A DNA stretch of 32,000 bases from Patescibacteria group bacterium (GTDB lineage Bacteria > Patescibacteriota > Minisyncoccia > UBA6257 > HR35). Made by a program: the position numbers and the translations under genes. Location of the stretch: NCBI GenBank assembly GCA_023480925.1, contig JAMCWY010000016.1, positions 9,269 to 41,268 on the forward strand. The letters run 5' to 3'. Positions 7,049-14,591 of this stretch are shown one piece after another. The notes beneath the pieces were generated by a model, which made no database searches, was not told where the DNA came from, and worked only from the letters and a program-made list of their open reading frames with translations. Position 1 is the first letter of the stretch. Each line of letters starts with the position of its first letter.

Positions 7049-8056
7049 ATGAAAATCGCGATCAACGGTTTTGGCCGAATCGGCCGAATTTTTTTCCGTC
7101 AGGCGTTTGAAAAACCCGGAATCGAAATCGTCGCCATCAACGACCTCTCCCCAATCGAAAATCTCGCCTACCTTTTAAAATACGACACGACCTACCGCCG
7201 CTACGAAAAAGATATTTCAATTGAAAATAACCGCCTTGTCGCCGCCGGCAAAGAAATCAGTGTTTTCAAAGAATCCGATCCAAGCAAATTGCCCTGGCGC
7301 GATCTCAATATTGACGTCGTGATCGAGTCAACCGGTTTCTTCACGACCACGGCCAAGGCTCAGGCTCATATTCAGGCCGGCGCGAAAAAGGTTATTATCA
7401 CCGCTCCGGCCAAAGACGAAGTAACGCCGACCTCGACGCCAAACCTGAATATTCAAGCTCTTTCGGAAAACCAAATTTTTTCCAACGCCTCGTGCACGAC
7501 CAACGCCACCAATCCCGCTATCGCGATAATGGCCAAGACGATCGGCGTTAAAAAAGCGATTCTTTCAACCGTCCACGGCTACACCGCCACTCAAGCGCTC
7601 GTTGACAGCGTCAGTAAGGGCGAAGATTTTCGTCGCGGTCGAGGCGGAGCGATGAATATCGTTCCCTCGACCACAGGCGCGGTCGAGGCCACGGTTAAAG
7701 TTTTGCCTCAATTCAAAAATAAGTTTGACGGCGTCTCTTTGCGCGTTCCCACTATGACCGGCTCCTTGGTTGACTTGACTTTTTTGAGCGAACGGCCAAC
7801 GACGATCGAAGAAGTCAATGAAATTTTCAAAACCGAGACAAAAAACCTGGAGTGGCAAGGTATCGTGACAACGACCGAAGACCAAGTTGTCTCAAGCGAC
7901 ATCATCGGCCAAGCTTACGGCGCGATCATTGATCTCGGCCTAACCCGAGTCGTCGACAGCGACTTGGTCAAAGTTTTTTCCTGGTACGACAACGAATGGG
8001 GTTATTGTTCAACTTTAATCAAACAAATCGAAAATCTCCAAAACTTAAAATTTTAA
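7049..8056 (+). CDS. gap: Glyceraldehyde-3-phosphate dehydrogenase, type I
   Basis: 335 aa with the INGFGRIGR NAD-binding start, catalytic SNASCTTN, and a WYDNEWGY end. Confidence 0.97.
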   Translation: MKIAINGFGRIGRIFFRQAFEKPGIEIVAINDLSPIENLAYLLKYDTTYRRYEKDISIENNRLVAAGKEISVFKESDPSKLPWRDLNIDVVIESTGFFTTTAKAQAHIQAGAKKVIITAPAKDEVTPTSTPNLNIQALSENQIFSNASCTTNATNPAIAIMAKTIGVKKAILSTVHGYTATQALVDSVSKGEDFRRGRGGAMNIVPSTTGAVEATVKVLPQFKNKFDGVSLRVPTMTGSLVDLTFLSERPTTIEEVNEIFKTETKNLEWQGIVTTTEDQVVSSDIIGQAYGAIIDLGLTRVVDSDLVKVFSWYDNEWGYCSTLIKQIENLQNLKF

Positions 8057-8308
8057 ATCTTGAACGCGGCCTTGTTTCCAGTATTAATATTTTTAACTCG
8101 CGCGATTTTTTTCTCAATCGTCGTCTATCCCGCCGGCGGCGCGGAATCGAAATTTTTTCTTTCGCCCAACCTGCTCTTAGCCAAAGCCTTCCAGATTGGA
8201 TAAGTTCGTTCGCTTGCCACTGAAATTTGCCTTCCTTCTTATCAGAAAAAAGAAAAATGTTCACTCAACTTATCGCCAGTCTTTCAGCGATTTCGTTCAG
8301 GTAGAATC

Positions 8309-8791
8309 TTATCTTGCCGCTGGCGTTGACGAGCTGGAAAAAATATTTGGTTGCGTTGGAATTGTTTGATTAGGAAGACCGAATAAATTATTACCACTTA
8401 AGCTCAAAATCGCGCGGTAGACCGGACTGGTATGACTAAGTTTGATTATCCAGACAACATCGTTTTTATTTATTTCGAGCAAGCTCTTCGGATTCGGCCC
8501 CCAAAAAACATCGGCGAAAGGCAAAAGACTATAGGGTGTTTTTTGATTTTGAGGATTGGTTTGAAGCATATAAACATCGCGCAGACCGAAATTCGGAAAA
8601 GTTTGGAGCTGGCCAAAATAAATTTCACCGGAACGCAAATAAACCGCGTAAAAATCCGGCTGGCCATTGACCCGGCTCTTATTAAAGACAACGACAAAAA
8701 GAATAATGGCCAAAATAATGACCGCGGCCAATAAAAATTTGACCTGAGCCGACAATGTTTTTTCCGTTTTAATCATCTCCTCTTCCGCCAT
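8309..8791 (-). CDS. Hypothetical membrane-anchored protein (one N-terminal TM helix, extracytoplasmic domain)
   Basis: 160-aa ORF starting 6 nt after the rpmG stop. It has a hydrophobic helix (FLLAAVIILAIILFVVVF). I recognise no family. Confidence 0.6.
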   Translation of the reverse strand: MAEEEMIKTEKTLSAQVKFLLAAVIILAIILFVVVFNKSRVNGQPDFYAVYLRSGEIYFGQLQTFPNFGLRDVYMLQTNPQNQKTPYSLLPFADVFWGPNPKSLLEINKNDVVWIIKLSHTSPVYRAILSLSGNNLFGLPNQTIPTQPNIFSSSSTPAAR

Positions 8792-8796
8792 TAGTC

Positions 8797-8964
8797 TTAG
8801 TGCTTCGCTTCCTTGTGGTTAACGTAAGCTCGGCACCACTTGCAAAATTTATTTAATTGAAGTTTCTTCTCCGCGTCTTTCCGACGATAAACATAATAGT
8901 TAATCCGATCGCACTTTGAACACTTTAATCTGATTAAAAGTTTATTTTTTGACTTTGCCGCCAT
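8797..8964 (-). CDS. rpmG: 50S ribosomal protein L33 (Cys4 zinc form)
   Basis: Hand translation gives MAAKSKNKLLIRLKCSKCDRINYYVYRRKDAEKKLQLNKFCKWCRAYVNHKEAKH (55 aa). It matches the L33 pattern (CxxC...Y.T.KN...KLEL.KFC..C..H..HKE.K). It falls below the ORF-track length cut-off. Confidence 0.9.
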   Translation of the reverse strand: MAAKSKNKLLIRLKCSKCDRINYYVYRRKDAEKKLQLNKFCKWCRAYVNHKEAKH

Positions 8965-9021
8965 TGCTTCAACCAAACCGATTTAATAATTTAATATTTA
9001 AAATAAAATATGAATCAATTC

Positions 9022-9036
9022 TATAATCATTATAAT
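9022..9036 (+). promoter_or_regulatory. Two TATAAT boxes immediately upstream of the rpe-like ATG (leaderless-type arrangement)
   Basis: TATAAT at 9022-9027 and at 9031-9036, with the ATG at 9047. No Shine-Dalgarno sequence is present. Confidence 0.4.
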
Positions 9037-9046
9037 TATAACATAA

Positions 9047-9700
9047 ATGAAAATTATACCGGCGATTAACGCCGAAAATTTTGACGAGGTTGTCAAAAAA
9101 ATTAATGCCCTGAAAGAATTGACCCAGGAGTTTCATCTCGATGTCGCGGCCAAAGATTTCGCCAACACCGAAACTTGGCGGAACTTTAACGATCTTAAAA
9201 AACTCCCGGCCGAACTGAAAATCGATCTCCACCTGATGCTTAGACTCAAACCTCAAGAAATACTGGCTTGGAGCAAACCCGTGATCAAAAGATTGATTCT
9301 CCATCTTGAAGCCTCCGACCAGCCCGGCGGCCTTTTGCGTCTGGCCAAACGAACAAAAAAAGAAGTCTGGCTTGGCCTCAGCCCTTTGACTGAACCGATC
9401 AAAATTGAAAAATACTTAAAATTTATCGACGGCATTTTAGTCTTAGGGGTCGAGCCGGGCAAGGCCGGCCAAGAGTTTTTAATTAAAACCTACGATCGCT
9501 TAACTTGGGTTAAAACAAAAATTAATCCAAAGCAAAAACTGATGGTTGACGGCGGCATCAAAAAATCAAATCTCGAACAAATTACGAAATTCAGCCCGGA
9601 CTTTATCGTTATCGCCTCAGCCATCTACGACCAGAACGACCCTTTAAAAAATTATCTGGAACTATTAAAACTTAAAGACAAAACTTGTTCGAGTGAATAG
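9047..9700 (+). CDS. Ribulose-phosphate-binding TIM barrel, ribulose-phosphate 3-epimerase-like (divergent)
   Basis: 217 aa with HLDV..., DLHLM, HLEAS, GVEPGKAGQEF and MVDGGI. These are spaced like the Rpe motifs (H.DVMDG, DVHLM, H.E, PGFGGQ.F, VDGG). Confidence 0.6.
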   Translation: MKIIPAINAENFDEVVKKINALKELTQEFHLDVAAKDFANTETWRNFNDLKKLPAELKIDLHLMLRLKPQEILAWSKPVIKRLILHLEASDQPGGLLRLAKRTKKEVWLGLSPLTEPIKIEKYLKFIDGILVLGVEPGKAGQEFLIKTYDRLTWVKTKINPKQKLMVDGGIKKSNLEQITKFSPDFIVIASAIYDQNDPLKNYLELLKLKDKTCSSE

Positions 9701-9723
9701 ATTTAAAAACTTTTCCTAAAACT

Positions 9724-9751
9724 AAAAGACCTCCCGGAAGGGAGGTCTTTT
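9724..9751. terminator. Bidirectional rho-independent terminator between convergent genes
   Basis: AAAA-GACCTCCC-GGAA-GGGAGGTC-TTTT: a perfect 8-bp GC-rich stem with a GGAA loop, flanked by an A-tract and a T-tract. Confidence 0.75.
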
Positions 9752-9775
9752 AGTCATTAGCAGGATTTCAGCAGT

Positions 9776-12700
9776 TTAGAAGCCACCAGCGTTCGCGGTT
9801 AAAGGTACCGCGGTTTGATTCAAGTAGAAGTTAGGAGTGCCGGTGCCGTACTCATTCCACGTCAAGTTATTATAGTTGACAATCTGGATCGAAAGATTGG
9901 TGTTGTTGTTCGTGCTTCGAGCAAGACCACTTGTGTTGACTCGAACCCAGAAAGTATGAGTCGTACCATTGTTAATAACCGGAGGTGTTGACGGCGTCAA
10001 GGCCACAGTCGCGCTTGTGGTCGCGGTTACGATCGAAATACTTGAGGTCGCGACAACAGTGTTATTTGAAGCATCAATCAAAGAAACAACGATAGGGTTG
10101 GATGATGTCGCCGCGTTGGCGAGCGGAGTGCCAGAGAAGGTCAAACTAACAGAGTTAAGCTGCGCGCTGTAGGCTGAGTTAGCGGTTAAGTTAAGATCAG
10201 CCACTTGGTCGTTCGCTGAACCAGCAACATGGGCAGAATCAGCTGTCAATGTTGCGGTTACGGCCGTTCTCTGAACATTTTGAGCGTTCGCCAGACCTGT
10301 TGCCAAGCCGCTTGGGCTAATGGATGCGTTTGACGAAGCGCCAACCGCAGTTACATTAGAAGCGCCGACGTAGAAATTAAAGACAGTGTTATCGGATGTT
10401 GGCGATGAAGTGTAAGAAGCGACACTGCCCGTTAAAGTCAACTCGATCGTTGAGTTCTGCGGCACATTAACCGGGCTGGTAAAGTGGAAAACCGAGGAGT
10501 ATTTACCATTACTGCCGCTCAATGTCGTGCCCGAACCAAGTAAAGTTGAACCGTTATAGAAGGCCAAGTTCGAGAACGTCGCCGGAGAAGTTGTGGCTGT
10601 TGACGAAGCTGTAACCGTAATATCAGTGATATTAACCCCTTCGTTATTATTCGCGGTGAAGCGGAACTGAGCCAAAGTCGCGCCAGTTGAACCCATTACA
10701 AGCTGCTGAACCGGCGGGTTAGAAGCGTCAACCGCGACACTTAAAGCACCGGTGCCAGCCATTGTAATTGCCTGGCCAACAGATGGGTTACTACCGTTAA
10801 TGATATTACTGTTATTATCAACCAAAGTCTCGGATGAGTTTGACGAAGCGCCAACCGCGGTCGCGCCGGTTAAGTTAACAAAACTGGTATAGGTACCAGT
10901 GGCGGTATTGCTCAAAATATCAGCGTAGACATCAACGACAACGCTGCCGCCGGCAGAAATATTAGCCGGGTTGCTACCAGAAAATGTATACGCATTACCT
11001 GTGCTAATAGTGTTCGCGGTTAGGCCAAACTGACTACCATTAATTAACACCTTCATATTTTGAAGATAAACATTAGAAAGACTAGGAACAGCAAAGGTCA
11101 GCGAGCTTACGTTGATTCCTTCGGCCGCGGCCGCTGACAAAGCGAACGAGCCGATATGAGCGCCGCTGATGCCACCAACAAAGCTTTGATTGCTATAAGC
11201 GCTGTTAAGGCCACCAGTGAACGGATGCGAGGTAACTCCCAAATTGCTGCCGTTAATTGTCTGCGATGCACTTCCTTGGAAGGAAATCTGACCTTGAAGG
11301 TTATTACTTGCCGGTGCGGGCAACGAAGCCTGGATCGAAGTAATTCCGTTCATTAAGGTTGACTGAATATCAGCCTTAACGGTCAAAACAACGGTTGTGT
11401 TGGCTGGAATAGTGTAGTTAATATTTGAACTGGATGAACCCAATGAACAAATGGCTTGATTCGTACTTCCCGTGGTTGAGAATGTACAATTAGACGACGC
11501 AGCGGAGAGTTGGCTTAAAGTTGAACCAACCTGATTGCCATTGCTGTCGTAAACCGCCAAATTCCTGATTTGGTTATCAATATTACTTGAATTAATTATT
11601 GTTGTTGTGCCATTTAACGTGATAGTCACTGGTAGGAAAAGGAATCGAACAGCTTCGCCATTGGCGGTAACGTCAACTTTTTCCAAAGTCACGCCTGATT
11701 GACCGATCGCGACATTGCCGGTTGGCGAACTCGAATCCAATGTCATCGTCACTGTTCCTTGCTGAACATTGACGGGTGTGAGGGTGCCGGATGGCGTGCC
11801 AAAGCTGATGTTAGCGTTGTATTGGTTGTCCAAAGCGATAATGTCGTAAGGTCTTAAGATTTGGAACTCAAAGTTTCGATTCGGTGTACCAACGACATTG
11901 AGGAAAACCTCGAATGTGTGCGAGCCCGTACCAAGAACAACGCCGTTCGGAATGTTGAACAAAACAGTACCGTCGCTGGCCGTGCTGCTGGCACTGGCGA
12001 CCTGATTGCCGTCAATCTTCAAAACCAAGTTTTGAAGGTCACTATTAAAGTTAACCGAACCGCTGACCGTGTACTTAACCGACATAATTTTGATCGGGTT
12101 AGTGTTAACGGTCATCGTCATTGCCGAACCGCGGAAGTTCGAGGTGCCGGCGTTAACGGAGTTAGCAACCCCCTGATAGACAAAATTACTGACGCTGGCC
12201 AAAGACGGATTGCTGACGGTCGTAACCGTAAAGGTGTTGCCGGCGTATGGATAAGTCACGTTCAAGGTTCCGCTGTCTACAGTCATGCCGGTCAAGTTGA
12301 ACGAAATGGTGTTGCCGGCGTTAGCGTTGGTTCCAACATCAACCCTTAAAGTCAGATCTTGTGACTGACCAGCCTGAATTACAACCAAGTTTCCTGAAAA
12401 ATTCAAGACGCCATTAGAAAGACTCTGGTACTGGGAGACAATGTTGTTGCCGGTGGCCAGATAGGCGTTGGTGATGTTTGAATCGGAAACAACGCCGGTC
12501 TTAGTGTAAGTTAAACCGGTCACGGTCACGGCTTGGCTGGTGTTGTTAGTCACGGTCACGGTTAAGACTGGATTCTGAGCCGCACCCGCGATAATACTAC
12601 CCGCCGGTTGGTTGTTGCTTGAAAGAGCGACTGAAACATTGCCACTCGGCGTTGTCGAGGTCGCGCTTGTTGAAGTCGCGCTTGTTGAAGTTGGGGTTGA

Positions 12701-13156
12701 GGTACTTGAAGAACTACTCAACATTGCTAAGATTGCCGCGATCTGTTGATCGTTCAAACCCAAACCCTTAAGCAATGCGGACAAGGTAGCGTTGTTGTTT
12801 GAAGCGTTATTTGAACTGGAACCGGAGACAAGGCTCTGTAATTGAGCCACACCCTTTGGCCCGATACTCAAACCGTTCCAAGCGCCATACCAAGACTGGT
12901 AAAAGCTGATCACCGCCGCTTCAGTCTCAGAACCGTAATAACCGGTTGGACCGGCGGGGATGTTGTAGCCAGCTTGAACCAAACAAGCTTGGGCATTCGC
13001 GACATCGCTGCTATTTTGGCCATATTGGACTTGAACCAAACTTGACGGATCGCATGTAACGGTCGCGGCCGAAGCAAGGCTACTTGTTAATGGAACGACT
13101 GTGCCCAAAGCCATTGCCAGGGCAAGAACATAAACGGATATTTTTTTGCTTTCCAT
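9776..13156 (-). CDS. Giant secreted cell-surface protein: signal peptide, peptidoglycan-binding domain, Ser/Thr linker, then at least six tandem beta-rich modules
   Basis: 1126-aa uninterrupted ORF. The N-terminus has a hydrophobic signal ending in ASA. A PG_binding_1-like segment follows (GQNSSDVANAQACLVQAGYNIPAGPTGYYGSETEAAVISFYQ). Next is the linker SSSSSTSTPTSTSATSTSATSTTPS. The rest is a long S/T/N/A/G/V-rich region with recurring module motifs. Confidence 0.85.
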   Translation of the reverse strand: MESKKISVYVLALAMALGTVVPLTSSLASAATVTCDPSSLVQVQYGQNSSDVANAQACLVQAGYNIPAGPTGYYGSETEAAVISFYQSWYGAWNGLSIGPKGVAQLQSLVSGSSSNNASNNNATLSALLKGLGLNDQQIAAILAMLSSSSSTSTPTSTSATSTSATSTTPSGNVSVALSSNNQPAGSIIAGAAQNPVLTVTVTNNTSQAVTVTGLTYTKTGVVSDSNITNAYLATGNNIVSQYQSLSNGVLNFSGNLVVIQAGQSQDLTLRVDVGTNANAGNTISFNLTGMTVDSGTLNVTYPYAGNTFTVTTVSNPSLASVSNFVYQGVANSVNAGTSNFRGSAMTMTVNTNPIKIMSVKYTVSGSVNFNSDLQNLVLKIDGNQVASASSTASDGTVLFNIPNGVVLGTGSHTFEVFLNVVGTPNRNFEFQILRPYDIIALDNQYNANISFGTPSGTLTPVNVQQGTVTMTLDSSSPTGNVAIGQSGVTLEKVDVTANGEAVRFLFLPVTITLNGTTTIINSSNIDNQIRNLAVYDSNGNQVGSTLSQLSAASSNCTFSTTGSTNQAICSLGSSSSNINYTIPANTTVVLTVKADIQSTLMNGITSIQASLPAPASNNLQGQISFQGSASQTINGSNLGVTSHPFTGGLNSAYSNQSFVGGISGAHIGSFALSAAAAEGINVSSLTFAVPSLSNVYLQNMKVLINGSQFGLTANTISTGNAYTFSGSNPANISAGGSVVVDVYADILSNTATGTYTSFVNLTGATAVGASSNSSETLVDNNSNIINGSNPSVGQAITMAGTGALSVAVDASNPPVQQLVMGSTGATLAQFRFTANNNEGVNITDITVTASSTATTSPATFSNLAFYNGSTLLGSGTTLSGSNGKYSSVFHFTSPVNVPQNSTIELTLTGSVASYTSSPTSDNTVFNFYVGASNVTAVGASSNASISPSGLATGLANAQNVQRTAVTATLTADSAHVAGSANDQVADLNLTANSAYSAQLNSVSLTFSGTPLANAATSSNPIVVSLIDASNNTVVATSSISIVTATTSATVALTPSTPPVINNGTTHTFWVRVNTSGLARSTNNNTNLSIQIVNYNNLTWNEYGTGTPNFYLNQTAVPLTANAGGF
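12660..12689. repeat. Perfect 15-bp tandem duplication inside the Ser/Thr linker of the giant gene
   Basis: GTCGCGCTTGTTGAA occurs twice in tandem (12660-12674 and 12675-12689). It encodes TSATS-TSATS on the minus strand. Confidence 0.9.
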
Positions 13157-13403
13157 ATTTTTTAACTTTTTTCCCGTGATACCACAATTTGGGCAACGGA
13201 ACGACTGTTTTATGATTTTTAACAGTTAATAATATTTTTAAATTAAATTTAATTTATCTCAAAAAATAAAACGAACGCGAAATAAATTAAATATTAATTC
13301 GCAACATTGAAATTTTCAAGTTGATACCGATTCGACCTTTTCATTGATATTAATTTTGGCTAATTCGATTATATAGTAAGAATATTCGTTTGTCAAGACA
13401 AAT

Positions 13404-13412
13404 TGTGGATAA
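13404..13412. promoter_or_regulatory. Perfect DnaA-box 9-mer (TGTGGATAA = TTATCCACA) within a cluster of short inverted repeats
   Basis: Exact consensus match. It is flanked by AATATTC (13381-13387) and GAATATT (13416-13422), and by TTGTCAAGACAA (13390-13401). Its function is unproven. Confidence 0.3.
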
Positions 13413-14481
13413 CGTGAATATTAATTTTTGTTTATTTCGATTCTTATTTAATTTAAAATAAGCGGCTTAAATTTAATTAAAATTGAAAGGATTTTTTTGG
13501 TTTTTACTCGCGCCGACATCGTTATTTCTCGCTTTAAACTCGTTTAAAACCGCGTTTATTACGTCTAATTTTTTATTATAACACACTTATGTTAACTAAC
13601 GCCGTCGCCAACACTGTCTATGCATCTTAACCTTAAAACTTAAATTATTAAAGTTGAAATTTAAAATCGAAAAAGGAAAACTTCAATCGTGAAAAATATG
13701 AAATCTAAAAATTTAAGCAAGACAAGACAAAATCCACGTCTCGCGTTTCCTGTTCGCCGCGGCGTCGTCAAAAATGGCAAAAAGATTAAATCGCTGTTTT
13801 TGACCGCGCTGATGAAAATCAAGATATTATTCCCGCCGATAATTTTTTATCAGCCTTCAAGCATTCAGTTCAAACAAACAAGCCCAAAACGCGACTAAAA
13901 CCACAAGGTCTGGTTTAGTCAAAATCGCGGCCGAAAAAACTTTGGCTTTATAATCGCGTGCGGAACGATTTTTATTTTTCTAAAAATTATTCAAATTTTA
14001 AATTTTAGAAACTTAAATAAAAATTTTCCTTGGCGATCGATTAACCCAATTTGATTGTTTCGATATTTTTATTTTTAATTATTCCAACACTTATTTTGAC
14101 GCGCCACGACCCGATCAAATCAAGTTCACTCCGAGCTCAAAATATTTTCCAACGCCGGCGCGGCTCAGCAAACTTGGCCAGTCGAGGTTAAAAAATTAAA
14201 TTAAGCGTTTGAATTTGATTTCGGCAATTTTGGAATGTCTAATTCAAGCCAAAAAGAACAATTTTGTCATTGGCTCAATTTAATTTAATTTGACTTTTGT
14301 TCTGATTTAAATATCATACATTTCTGACGTTAAGTATTAAAAAATACCGCCGGTTTGACGCTGCGACGCTGCGGCCTTGTTTGTTTGATTTTGGCTTTTT
14401 GCTTAAATTTTTTACTTAAATCAAAGACTGGTTTTGATTGATTCCCGACAAGTTTAGTTATCCCCAACTCTACTTCCAAGC

Positions 14482-14510
14482 TTGACTAATTTATGATAGA
14501 ATATAATAAT
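14482..14510 (+). promoter_or_regulatory. Putative sigma70-type promoter for the 14592 membrane-protein gene
   Basis: TTGACT at 14482-14487. TATAAT at 14502-14507 gives 14-nt spacing. AATAAT at 14505-14510 gives 17-nt spacing. This leaves a roughly 80-nt leader. Confidence 0.35.
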
Positions 14511-14591
14511 AATTTTATTAAGTGTGCTAAACAAATTTTTTAGCCCAGTCTCGTTGCCAAAAGGCTAACGAGATACGGTCAAATAAAAATT

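Noticed and set aside
7996-8264. ORFs 7996-8223 (+) and 8019-8264 (-) in the convergent gap-hypothetical spacer
   Set aside because: Both overlap the gap 3' end and each other, and are Arg-rich low complexity (…RRRRDRRRLRKKSR…). I considered a small basic r-protein (L34 or L35 type), but no motif matches. The 10-bp palindrome CCGCCGGCGG sits here but lacks a loop and U-tract, so I did not call a terminator.
9969-13045. Plus-strand ORFs inside the giant gene (9969-10172, 11156-11356, 11861-12349, 12842-13045)
   Set aside because: These are shadow ORFs antisense to an uninterrupted 1126-aa frame. The gene's biased composition suppresses stop codons on the opposite strand.
13689-13898. 69-aa ORF (GTG start) inside the AT-rich island
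   Set aside because: The sequence is basic and low-complexity (MKNMKSKNLSKTRQNPRLAFPVRRG...). It shows no recognisable family and has only a weak AAGGAAAA upstream. ORFs of this size are expected by chance in 1.4 kb. The evidence is not enough to call a gene.
13157-14591. Chromosomal replication origin (oriC), suggested by the AT-rich 1.4-kb island with a perfect DnaA box
   Set aside because: I found only one perfect box and one one-mismatch box. No dnaA or dnaN gene lies nearby. The highly expressed r-protein clusters on both sides of the island (1-6401 and 28919-31778) are on the same (minus) strand. If both are co-oriented with replication, as is usual, an origin between them is unlikely. 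I keep it only as a low-probability alternative inside the finding.
14514-14591. Fluoride riboswitch upstream of the 14592 gene
   Set aside because: Only a faint similarity exists, to the 3' half of the crcB motif. The 5' helix and pseudoknot partner are not visible, and the downstream gene is not a CrcB or EriC-F type.
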